Assembly: GCA_025354795.1 (NCBI GenBank) | Contig: JANXMF010000081.1 | Coordinates: forward strand, 1 to 63,604 | Length of the DNA stretch: 63,604 bases | Reading direction: 5' to 3' | Origin: Pseudobdellovibrionaceae bacterium | GTDB lineage: Bacteria > Bdellovibrionota > Bdellovibrionia > Bdellovibrionales > UBA1609 | Shown: one piece after another, positions 52,793 to 61,373 of the stretch | Position numbering within the stretch: the first letter of the stretch is position 1 | How the letters are laid out: each line of letters starts with the position of its first letter | Translations under genes and position numbers: made by a program | Notes under the pieces: generated by a model | What the model was told of the DNA's origin: nothing | Database searches by the model: none | Seen by the model: the letters and a program-made list of their open reading frames with translations, nothing else

Positions 52793-54840
52793 GTACCACC
52801 AACTTGGAAAATTTCCGTCCCAAGCTGCGACCTGGACGAGTGATCCCCCACGGCTCTCGCCTTATCTTTGAGACTGACGATCCCTATAATCAGATCATTT
52901 TGCCGATGGCACTAGCGGACTTGGTATTACTCTGCAGCGGTCAATTCACCGTGCGCGAGATCATTCAGAAGATATATAAAAGACAAGGGGCCGTACCGTT
53001 TAAGGCGATCCTTAAAGCCATTCACGTTTTGCAGCAGGGCGATTTTTTTGTAAACGGCAACGAGCTCGCGCTCAATTCCCATCTGCGCTCGTGGATGGAG
53101 CCCGGCCGCCAACCCTTCGCGCTGTCGTGGCGCTTTGGCCAAAGTATCGTGGCCGCGCAACGCAAGCCTGGCGTTTACTATGCCGTCACGTTGACCTTAT
53201 TGGTGTGCTCGCTGCTCGGTTTGCAATCCTTTCCGAGCGATCCGCTCCGCTATATCATGGATTGGATAAACGTCGCCGACTTTCCCGCGACTTTAATTAT
53301 GCTTTTAATTTGCAGTTCGGTAATTCAAAGTGTGCGCCATCTGTGTCGAGGAATTCAACTCCTTCTTCACACCGGCAAGGCCTACAATGTGGCGGTGCAA
53401 ATCAGCCCATGGGGTGTACATTTGCATGTGGGCGACGAAGCCAATGATTTTTTGAATAACCGTCTTTATTCCGGCATGTTTTATGTCAGTCAGATCGTGC
53501 TGGGCTGGGGAGTCGCGTTTTTCGCACTCCCCTATTTGGGGCCCGAGTGGCGCGAGCCGCTGATTGTCTTAAACATTGGGTTGACGTTTTGGGAATTAAA
53601 CCCCTTCGTAAACAGTGAAGGTTTACGCTTGATCCAGTCGCTGTTTTTGAATGCGAAACGGGAGACGTTGCCCTGGCACTTTGAGGTGAGTTCGCTCATT
53701 CGCACACTGCACTCAAGGACCCTGCGCAATGATCGGGACTTCGCACGCGTGTGTTTTGCCTTGGGTTCAGTGTGGCTAGGGATCATGTTTTACTTACTCT
53801 ACGACGCGGCCAAATACTTCGGCCCCCATGTGCTCGACCATATCATTCATCTGCGTCGCGATGCCCTCGCTCCGGCGATTAGCTTGGCGATTTGGATGGC
53901 AGCGCTCTATTTTACGGTCCAGGCCCTGATCGAAACGGTGGTAGCCTCGGCGGTGCGGCCCCGTTGGCCCAGTTTGCGCGGTAAACTGCGTAAATTGAGT
54001 CCGCTCTCGATGCGGCACCCAAGTCAGATCGAAATCGCAGAAAAAATCCAGGACCTACCGGTGTTCTCGCATTTGCAAGGGGCCAGCCTCGCGCGCGTCA
54101 TCGATCTTTCTCAGGTCCTCGAATTTCCCGACGGCGCCGCAATTATTAATCAAGGTGAGCCCTCCCTCACACTTTATGTATTGCTTGAAGGAGAAGTCGA
54201 CATCTCGCGGACTTTCGGCAACCAAAGTGAACGGCTGATTGAAATGGCTGGTATTTCCATTTTTGGCGAAGCCGCACTTTTGGACGACTCCCCGCGTGCG
54301 GCCCAGGTGCGAGCCAAAGGTCCAACGCTGGTATTGCAAGTGCCGATCTCAGTGATCCGGCGGATCGCTGAAGAGTCTCACGTCATTCGCCATCTCGAGG
54401 ATTTTCGCAATGCCATCTTGGTCAATCAGTTCTTCGCGTCCTCGCCCATCTTCCGCAGTCTTTCCATCGAAACCATCGAGTTTCTGTGCAGCCGCGGCCA
54501 ACTCGAGTATTTTGATCGCAGCAAGACGATCTTTAACCAGGGCGATGTGAGTGATTCGATTTATCTAATCCTGCGCGGCTCAGTGTATGTGATGGTTCAT
54601 GGAGTGCATGTTAAACATCTAACTCAGGGCAACTTTTTTGGTGAGATTGCCTTGCTTGCAAATGTCCCGCGCACCGGTAAAGTCAGTACGGTCGAGTCGT
54701 GCGTGTTTTTTAAGATTCCCGCCGATTCGTTTTGGGAAGTGCTGGTCCAGCACATAGATCTGGGCGTAATTATCGAGACAATTTCCGAGGGGCGCTTGCG
54801 TGAGGATCTGGAAGTACTGCCGGCGCGAGTGAATGAGTGA
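52789..54840 (+). CDS. Membrane protein with degenerate S2P/M50-like domain and two cNMP-binding domains
   Basis: Multiple TMs; ELNPFVNSEG; IFGEAALLDDSPRAA and FFGEIALLANVPRTG; ATGA overlap with the PilZ gene. Confidence 0.8.
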   Translation: MSTTNLENFRPKLRPGRVIPHGSRLIFETDDPYNQIILPMALADLVLLCSGQFTVREIIQKIYKRQGAVPFKAILKAIHVLQQGDFFVNGNELALNSHLRSWMEPGRQPFALSWRFGQSIVAAQRKPGVYYAVTLTLLVCSLLGLQSFPSDPLRYIMDWINVADFPATLIMLLICSSVIQSVRHLCRGIQLLLHTGKAYNVAVQISPWGVHLHVGDEANDFLNNRLYSGMFYVSQIVLGWGVAFFALPYLGPEWREPLIVLNIGLTFWELNPFVNSEGLRLIQSLFLNAKRETLPWHFEVSSLIRTLHSRTLRNDRDFARVCFALGSVWLGIMFYLLYDAAKYFGPHVLDHIIHLRRDALAPAISLAIWMAALYFTVQALIETVVASAVRPRWPSLRGKLRKLSPLSMRHPSQIEIAEKIQDLPVFSHLQGASLARVIDLSQVLEFPDGAAIINQGEPSLTLYVLLEGEVDISRTFGNQSERLIEMAGISIFGEAALLDDSPRAAQVRAKGPTLVLQVPISVIRRIAEESHVIRHLEDFRNAILVNQFFASSPIFRSLSIETIEFLCSRGQLEYFDRSKTIFNQGDVSDSIYLILRGSVYVMVHGVHVKHLTQGNFFGEIALLANVPRTGKVSTVESCVFFKIPADSFWEVLVQHIDLGVIIETISEGRLREDLEVLPARVNE

Positions 54841-54851
54841 GTGGCGCCCTC

Positions 54852-55259
54852 TTACTGCGTGCACATCACTTCGGCGCGAATTGAGCGACGGAGGGTCTCG
54901 CCATTGCGGCTGACTTTTATCGGCACGGAAGTTGGCTTTTCATAAATCTCAACCAAATCCTCGTTGTTCCAAGTTTCGACAGGGACCGAGTCAATCGCCT
55001 CGATGATATCGCCCACTCGCAGTCCCGATTTTTGCGCTGGAGAGTGCGGAAGAACCTTGGTAATCTTATATAGCGCTTGACAGTCATCCATCACGCGGGC
55101 CTCATCGAAACCAAAGCGCGGCAGACAACCCGGTTCGCCTGCCATTTTGAGCGGCTCCGCGGGCGGTGAGACTTGTAGGCTCTGCAAACTTTCGTTAATT
55201 TGCTGAAGCACTGCAGGCCAGTGACGAGTAAGCATACGATTTAACATGATTAACCTCAT
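54852..55259 (-). CDS. Small PDZ domain protein
   Basis: ITKVLPHSPAQKSGLRVGDIIEAIDS...VSRNG; start uncertain. Confidence 0.8.
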   Translation of the reverse strand: MRLIMLNRMLTRHWPAVLQQINESLQSLQVSPPAEPLKMAGEPGCLPRFGFDEARVMDDCQALYKITKVLPHSPAQKSGLRVGDIIEAIDSVPVETWNNEDLVEIYEKPTSVPIKVSRNGETLRRSIRAEVMCTQ

Positions 55260-55420
55260 TGGCAACGAAGCATACCGCGCGGCTAGTGCAAACTTCAATC
55301 GGGTGTGAAAAGTACACTTGGTCTTTTGCATCAAATGAAATTAATTTATGAGAAGCCTTGCCACCCAAAGTATTTGAGCGGGTCGTTCCCCCCGAGTCCC
55401 CAAGAACCTGGCAGACAGGC

Positions 55421-56734
55421 CTAGGCTACTTTTTTACCGGCGCCGACGCGCTCACGAATCGGCGTGTAATTGGTCTTCGTCGGACCAGTATACACCTGGC
55501 GAGGACGACCAATCTTCGTTGTACCCGACTCGTTCATTTCCTTCCAATGCGCAATCCATCCCGGGAGCCTTCCAATCGCAAACATGCCCGTAAACATATT
55601 CACTGGAATATTCAAGGCGCTATAGATAATGCCGCTATAGAAATCGACATTGGGATAGAGTTTTTTATCGATAAAATACTGGTCTTTTAGGGCCGCGGCC
55701 TCAAGCTGTTTTGCGATATCGAGCAATGGATTGTTTAGTCCCATTTTAGCCAGTACTTTGTCGCAGGCCTTTTTGATGACGGTGGCGCGCGGGTCGAAAT
55801 TCTTGTATACGCGATGTCCGAAACCCATTAGTCGGAAATCCGAATTCTTATCTTTGGCGAGGGCCACGTATTTACCTACATTGCCTCCATCCTTGTGAAT
55901 GGCCTGCAACATCTCCATCACCGCCTGATTCGCGCCGCCATGAAGTGGGCCCCACAGAGCGCAGATTCCGCCACTTACCGAGGCGAACAAATTGGCGGCC
56001 GAACTGCCGATCATGCGAACCGTGGACGTGCTGCAGTTCTGCTCGTGATCAGCGTGCAGAATCAAAAGCAGATTGAGCGCTTCAACCACCTCCGGTGAAC
56101 ATTTGTAGGGCTCGGCTGGAACCGAGAACATCATGTTGAGAAAATTGGCACAGTAGTCGAGGTCATTGCGCGGATAAACACGCGGCTGAGCGATCGAAGT
56201 CTTGTATGCGTAAGCCGCAATCGTCGGAAGTTTCGCCATCAGACGCGTGATGCTGATATTGACCTGCTCAGGGCTGGCCGGATCGAGGGAATCTTGATAA
56301 AAAGTCGACATCGCGCACACGGCGGCCCCAAGGACAGCCATGGGATGAGCGTCGCGCGGAAAGCCGTCAAAGAGCTTAACCATGTCTTCGCGCAGCATGG
56401 TGTGGTAGCGAATGTCATCGGTGAATTTGTCGAGCTCCGGTTGGGTTGGGAGATGACCATAAATTAAAAGATAAGACACTTCAAGAAAGGTTGATTTCTC
56501 GGCCAGCTGTTCAATCGGAATTCCGCGATATTGCAGAATGCCTTTCTCACCGTCCAAAAAAGTGATGGCACTTTTGCAGGTTGAGGTATTGGCGAAGCCG
56601 TTGTCCATGGTGATGTAGCCCGTTTGATCGCGCAACTTGCCGATGTCGAACGCCTTTTCCTTTTCACTGCCTTCAATCACTGGGAATTCCCAAGCCTTGC
56701 CTTCAATTTCCACTTTCACATTTTTGTTGCTCAT
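55421..56734 (-). CDS. gltA: Citrate synthase (type II)
   Basis: DGEKGILQYRG, HADHEQNCST, GPLHGGAN, MGFGHRVYKNFDPR, YPNVDFYSG. Confidence 0.97.
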   Translation of the reverse strand: MSNKNVKVEIEGKAWEFPVIEGSEKEKAFDIGKLRDQTGYITMDNGFANTSTCKSAITFLDGEKGILQYRGIPIEQLAEKSTFLEVSYLLIYGHLPTQPELDKFTDDIRYHTMLREDMVKLFDGFPRDAHPMAVLGAAVCAMSTFYQDSLDPASPEQVNISITRLMAKLPTIAAYAYKTSIAQPRVYPRNDLDYCANFLNMMFSVPAEPYKCSPEVVEALNLLLILHADHEQNCSTSTVRMIGSSAANLFASVSGGICALWGPLHGGANQAVMEMLQAIHKDGGNVGKYVALAKDKNSDFRLMGFGHRVYKNFDPRATVIKKACDKVLAKMGLNNPLLDIAKQLEAAALKDQYFIDKKLYPNVDFYSGIIYSALNIPVNMFTGMFAIGRLPGWIAHWKEMNESGTTKIGRPRQVYTGPTKTNYTPIRERVGAGKKVA

Positions 56735-56918
56735 TGATTCTCCGCTGGATGGTGGGCCAGTGTGGTTCATCGGACGATCGAGGCTTGAATTTGAGCAGAT
56801 TTTGGGGCTGTTTTTAGATACCTTTATTTTACCAGTACTTAATGCAGAGCATAATTTTCCAATGCGAATGCTTAGCATCTATAGAAAGTCTAATTGAGCA
56901 GTATATATGCCAAAAAAA

Positions 56919-57245
56919 TCACTCGGGCGCAGTGACGTGAACTACGAGCCCATCCCCTCGCACCAGTCGCACTTCGCGCAGCTCAGGGGCCTTTGCCGCC
57001 ACTTCCTGCGCAAGCCACGCCGCGAGCCTAACTGAAGTCGGTTCAAAACCAAGGTCCACGTCCACCCCTAAAGCTCGGTGATCGACACGCCCAAGAACTT
57101 CCTTTAAGCAAAGCTCAACCTTCGCCGGCGCAAAGCCTGGTGCAAATCCAAACTCCACTCTGTAGTTGAAACCTTGACCGTAATCACCGGCGGAGCTTGA
57201 GGATTTTTGGCCGACTGCCATGGAGCGGACCAGGAAATGCAGCAT
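56919..57245 (-). CDS. Degenerate PTPS/QueD-like T-fold protein
   Basis: GQGFNYRVEFG (for GHGHNY), VDHRAL, PTSVRLA, EVRLVR; TGATG overlap with apt. Confidence 0.55.
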   Translation of the reverse strand: MLHFLVRSMAVGQKSSSSAGDYGQGFNYRVEFGFAPGFAPAKVELCLKEVLGRVDHRALGVDVDLGFEPTSVRLAAWLAQEVAAKAPELREVRLVRGDGLVVHVTAPE

Positions 57246-57772
57246 CAAAGGTGCATAAGACTTTGAGCCTGAGCTTTTAATTTCTTGCGCCCACTCAGGA
57301 AGCCAAGCTCCATTAAAAACGCAAAGCCCGTGACGGTAGCGCCAGTCTCTAAACACAAAACCTCTGCCGCACTCGCAGTTCCACCAGTGGCGAGCACATC
57401 ATCAACGATGCACACATGGTCTTGACTCGACAAAGCATCCACATGGATTTGCAGCGTGTCTCTGCCGTACTCCAAATCGTAAGAATGAGAAAAGGTCGAA
57501 AAAGGAAGTTTGCCGGGTTTACGCACCAATACCAAACCAAGACCAAGATGATTGGCTATAGCGGCGCCCAAAATAAAACCGCGACTTTCAATCGATGCCA
57601 AACAGGTGCTATGGGGCGGAACCAATTTTGCCAAGTGAGTGGTGAGCGAACGAAACGCTTGAGGATCGGCGAGCAACGGCGTGATGTCCTTAAACAATAT
57701 TCCGGGTTTGGGAAAATCCGGTACGTCGCGGATCAATTCCCCAAGCTGAGAGACGCTATGACTGGTATTCAC
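57245..57772 (-). CDS. apt: Adenine phosphoribosyltransferase
   Basis: IRDVPDFPKPGILFKDITPLL, ESRGF, VRKPGKLP, YDLEYG, VDDVLATGGT. Confidence 0.97.
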   Translation of the reverse strand: MNTSHSVSQLGELIRDVPDFPKPGILFKDITPLLADPQAFRSLTTHLAKLVPPHSTCLASIESRGFILGAAIANHLGLGLVLVRKPGKLPFSTFSHSYDLEYGRDTLQIHVDALSSQDHVCIVDDVLATGGTASAAEVLCLETGATVTGFAFLMELGFLSGRKKLKAQAQSLMHL

Positions 57773-58149
57773 TCAAAACTCCATTTTTTAAAGCCCTTGG
57801 CCTCAGCCTTTTTGAGCGTCTTTGCCGGGATTTCATAGACATTTGCCATGCCGGTGGTTGAGCCACACACCTGGATGTGCATTAGGCCGTCGTTTTTCTT
57901 CACCGACGACGACACCATGATGCCTTTAAGATCCTTGGCCATAGTGTCGAGATCAATGGGCTTGCCCATGCCGCATTGAAGGCTTCCATCATACTTATAA
58001 ACCAGCACATGATCGGCATCGGTCAATACCGGTGAGGCGGCCGCCGCTGGCGGCGCGAGTGGTTGGGCTGCAGCGGGCGCATCAACCTGACGGCGGCAAT
58101 GTCCTTGCGCGCAGCCTGCCAAGAGTAGGCTTATGAACAGAACCTGCAT
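57769..58149 (-). CDS. Small hypothetical lipoprotein
   Basis: Lipobox LAGC; VYKYDGSLQCG...DGLMHIQVCG...NVYEI; TAATG overlap with bamB. Confidence 0.7.
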   Translation of the reverse strand: MQVLFISLLLAGCAQGHCRRQVDAPAAAQPLAPPAAAASPVLTDADHVLVYKYDGSLQCGMGKPIDLDTMAKDLKGIMVSSSVKKNDGLMHIQVCGSTTGMANVYEIPAKTLKKAEAKGFKKWSFE

Positions 58150-59276
58150 TATTCCCATGGCCAATCCTTAGCAAAACGTCGCCACTGCACGCGTAAAGCA
58201 AAAAGGTTTGCATCGTGGGACATAAAGTAAATCTCATTTTTCTTCGGATCCACAGTGGTGCGCGAGGTGACTCCGCGTCCTGGCTCGAACTCATTGAGCA
58301 ACTCGCCATTGCGGGAATCGTAAAAGCGCAAACCGCCCGCCAACTCACCAACGACTATGGTGCCATGGTAAAGTGTCGGGCCAGTGGCAACGCCACCAGG
58401 ATTTTCCTTTTGCCACAATACTTTGCCCGAGCCCTTATCCAAGGCATAAGTCTTGCCACTGGTGCTGGAATAATAAATCGTGTTGTTTTGTAAAATCACT
58501 TCTTCATAGCCACCATCTTCAAGCGTCCAGTAGATCTTGCCATCGGCGCGGCCCACGGCGTACAGACCGCCGTCGTAGCTTGAGACATAGACCATATCTC
58601 CATCGAGCACCGGCGTGGCATCCACGTCGCGAAAACGTTTGTTGTGGTTTAAATTTGCCTCCCACACCACGGTACCGGAAGACTTATTGAGCGCCACCAG
58701 GGAACCGTCGGAAAACCCCATCAACACCAAATCGCCACTCACCGCGGGTTGCGAAGCCCCGCGCACAGAAATATTGCCGGCCTCGCGGCGATTGTAAATC
58801 CACATGAGCTTGCCGGTCTTGGCATTGAGCGCGTGGGCCACATTGTTGCCGCCTAATATATAGAGCACCCCGGATTTAACCACAGGCTTTCCAAGCCCTT
58901 CAGCCTTTAGCGGATAAGTCCACATCACCTTGCCGGTCTCGGGCACCACCGCATAAAGCAATCCATCGCTAGCGCCGAAAAAGAGAAGGCCTTCGGCCAA
59001 GTAACCGCCGCCTTCGGAACCATCTTTGATCGGAATCCGCCACTTCACATGAGCCGTGTTGCGGTCGTAGGCAATCACGGCATCAATTGAGTTCCCCACG
59101 ATCACTAATTTGTCGAGCAAGATCGGCGCAAAGCGGTGGATGCGGCGTCCGCCTAAAAAATCCTGATCCGGAGTGTCGCGCACCCAGCGCTTTTCCACCA
59201 CCAGCTTATTCGGTGCGACCTTGACGCTTGAGCATCCACAGAGCACGAGAAGAGCGCTAATTAAGAGAATACGCAT
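58149..59276 (-). CDS. bamB: BamB-like PQQ-repeat beta-propeller lipoprotein
   Basis: Lipobox LCGC; repeated LYA/VAL..TGKVxW blades; RFRDVDATP; follows a yfgM-like gene. Confidence 0.8.
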   Translation of the reverse strand: MRILLISALLVLCGCSSVKVAPNKLVVEKRWVRDTPDQDFLGGRRIHRFAPILLDKLVIVGNSIDAVIAYDRNTAHVKWRIPIKDGSEGGGYLAEGLLFFGASDGLLYAVVPETGKVMWTYPLKAEGLGKPVVKSGVLYILGGNNVAHALNAKTGKLMWIYNRREAGNISVRGASQPAVSGDLVLMGFSDGSLVALNKSSGTVVWEANLNHNKRFRDVDATPVLDGDMVYVSSYDGGLYAVGRADGKIYWTLEDGGYEEVILQNNTIYYSSTSGKTYALDKGSGKVLWQKENPGGVATGPTLYHGTIVVGELAGGLRFYDSRNGELLNEFEPGRGVTSRTTVDPKKNEIYFMSHDANLFALRVQWRRFAKDWPWE

Positions 59277-59289
59277 GAAACCCCTAGTC

Positions 59290-60015
59290 TTATTTTTTGA
59301 GTTCGAGCAAACGCAAGTACTGCTGCGCGGTTGCGGAAGCCTCGCTCTCCGGAAATTCGCGGCCAAGCCTTTCATAGGTCTCGCGGGCCTTAGCACTTTC
59401 GCCTTTTAAGCCGAGGCTGACGCCCATTTTAAGTAGCGACTCCGGATGAAAGGGTTTGAGCTCCGGTGAGCTCAACACCGCTTGATAAGCCTCAGTCGCA
59501 GCCTCATACTTTTGATTCTCGAGCAGCATCAGCCCGCGGTGCATATACCAAAAACCTTCCAATATGTCGCCCTTGGTCGGGCGATATTTGGGTAAATCAA
59601 GGACCGTCAAAGCATCCGCGAATTGCGCTTGTTCGGCTAGAAGATAGGCTAGATTCAAGGACGAAACCAAAGCCGCTTTGGTGTCGGCATGGGCGCTAAT
59701 TTCGGCTTTAATTTTGGCCACCAACGGGGCGTAATCCTTGGCATAGTCGGGTGGAGTTTTGGCGGCAGTGGGAGCTTTGCTTTCAACCTGCAGCTTTCTT
59801 AAGCTCGCCTCAGGCGCGTAAAGGGCCTCTGCTGCTTTTTGCTCCTGGCTTGACTTAATATAAGTGTAAGACACCATCGATACGGAGACGATCAGCACCA
59901 AACCGACAAGCGAAACCACAACCTTGAAATGGTGTTCAATAAAGTTAAATAGTTTATCTGAAGTGGAAACAAAAAAATCAGGACTCTTAAGATTCTGCAC
60001 TTCTGCTTTTTTCAC
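59290..60015 (-). CDS. yfgM: YfgM-like membrane-anchored TPR protein
   Basis: N-terminal TM, AAEALY, TPR helices; directly upstream of bamB. Confidence 0.7.
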   Translation of the reverse strand: MKKAEVQNLKSPDFFVSTSDKLFNFIEHHFKVVVSLVGLVLIVSVSMVSYTYIKSSQEQKAAEALYAPEASLRKLQVESKAPTAAKTPPDYAKDYAPLVAKIKAEISAHADTKAALVSSLNLAYLLAEQAQFADALTVLDLPKYRPTKGDILEGFWYMHRGLMLLENQKYEAATEAYQAVLSSPELKPFHPESLLKMGVSLGLKGESAKARETYERLGREFPESEASATAQQYLRLLELKK

Positions 60016-60026
60016 TGGCGTAGCTC

Positions 60027-61148
60027 CTATTTTTGTCGAGTGGTCATTTCTTTTAAGGTCGAAAACGGACGTGCCATGCGGCCATGATGATGCTGGCGAA
60101 GATTGGCGATGGATTTGATGCGCTTTTCCGCCAGCGTATCGGCCGCGCGGTGAGTGGCGACGCCCTCACTCCGGCTGATGCTAAAGACTTGCAGAAGATT
60201 ATCGTACACTTGCATGGTCTTTTCAAACGCGCGCTCGCGGGAATAGCCCTCAAGCTCCACGAACACGTTCATCAGCCCGCCGGAGTTGATCACGTAATCA
60301 GGCGCATACAAGATGCCAAGCTCCATCAGCGCATCGCCGTGACGGTGCTCGGCCAATTGGTTGTTGGCACCGCCGGCAACGATTTTGCATTTCAATTTGG
60401 AGATCGTTTGATCATTGATCACTGCACCCATCGCGCACGGAGCGAACACATCACAATCACTGGTCACAACTTTGTCGGCATCCACTGACGTAACATTAAA
60501 CTTGTCACAAATGTGCGTCACTTTTTCCTTATCGATGTCGGCAACCGTTACGGTCGAACCCTCTTTAACCAAATATTCAACCAGGTGAGAGCCCACGCTC
60601 CCAAGCCCCTGTACGGCCACGCGCAAGCCTTTGAGCGAGTCGGTTTGTAGCTTATCTTTGACCGATGCTTTGATCCCCATCAAAACACCATGAGCCGTAA
60701 AAGGTGAAGGATCGCCGGAGCCTCCAAATGACACCGGAATACCGGTAACATAGGGCGTTTCCATAAAGATATAGGCCATGTCGTGAACGGTGGTGCCGAC
60801 GTCCTCCGCGGTGATATATTTGCCGTTTAGAGAATTCACGTAGGCGCCAAAAGTGCGAAACAAGGCTTCGGATTTATGCTTTTTTGGATCGCCAATGATG
60901 ACGGCTTTGCCCCCGCCCAAATTTAGTCCTGCTGCCGAAGCTTTGTAAGTCATCCCCTTTGAAAGCCGCAGTACATCTACCAAGGCGTCTTCTTCAGACT
61001 GATAGGGCCACATGCGCGTACCGCCGAGAGCCGGTCCAAGTGTCGTGTTGTGGACTGCGATAATCGCTTTGAGTCCGCAATCGCGGTCGTGGCAATACAC
61101 AATCTCTTCGTGATCCCCATGCTTTTCAATCAATTCAAATGTCAACAA
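60027..61148 (-). CDS. ldh: Leucine dehydrogenase (Glu/Leu/Phe/Val dehydrogenase family)
   Basis: LGPALGGTRM, GMTYK, GGGKAVI, TAEDVG, VQGLGSVG, GGANNQL, PDYVINSGG. Confidence 0.92.
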   Translation of the reverse strand: MLTFELIEKHGDHEEIVYCHDRDCGLKAIIAVHNTTLGPALGGTRMWPYQSEEDALVDVLRLSKGMTYKASAAGLNLGGGKAVIIGDPKKHKSEALFRTFGAYVNSLNGKYITAEDVGTTVHDMAYIFMETPYVTGIPVSFGGSGDPSPFTAHGVLMGIKASVKDKLQTDSLKGLRVAVQGLGSVGSHLVEYLVKEGSTVTVADIDKEKVTHICDKFNVTSVDADKVVTSDCDVFAPCAMGAVINDQTISKLKCKIVAGGANNQLAEHRHGDALMELGILYAPDYVINSGGLMNVFVELEGYSRERAFEKTMQVYDNLLQVFSISRSEGVATHRAADTLAEKRIKSIANLRQHHHGRMARPFSTLKEMTTRQK

Positions 61149-61287
61149 AGGAGCCTCCCTCGCAAGCTACCGCACAGTACACCGTGAAATTTTAGCCTGG
61201 CAAGAATAGAGGGTAATGTGGGTCGAGCCAAGCAAAAATTCGGCGGCCTCACTAGCCCCACGTATCCAGATGACGCACACGCCTATT

Positions 61288-61335
61288 TGTTTCATTCTGG
61301 CACGGATTTAAGTTTCGCCGGCCTTTGGTCGATAT
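61288..61335 (+). promoter_or_regulatory. TGTTTCA-N3-TGGCAC site plus sigma28-like promoter
   Basis: TAAG-N15-GTCGATAT (61309-61335), very similar to the promoter at 42048. Confidence 0.5.
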
Positions 61336-61373
61336 GTCCAATACGGACAGCATTTGAAAATTATCTTTTGGAG

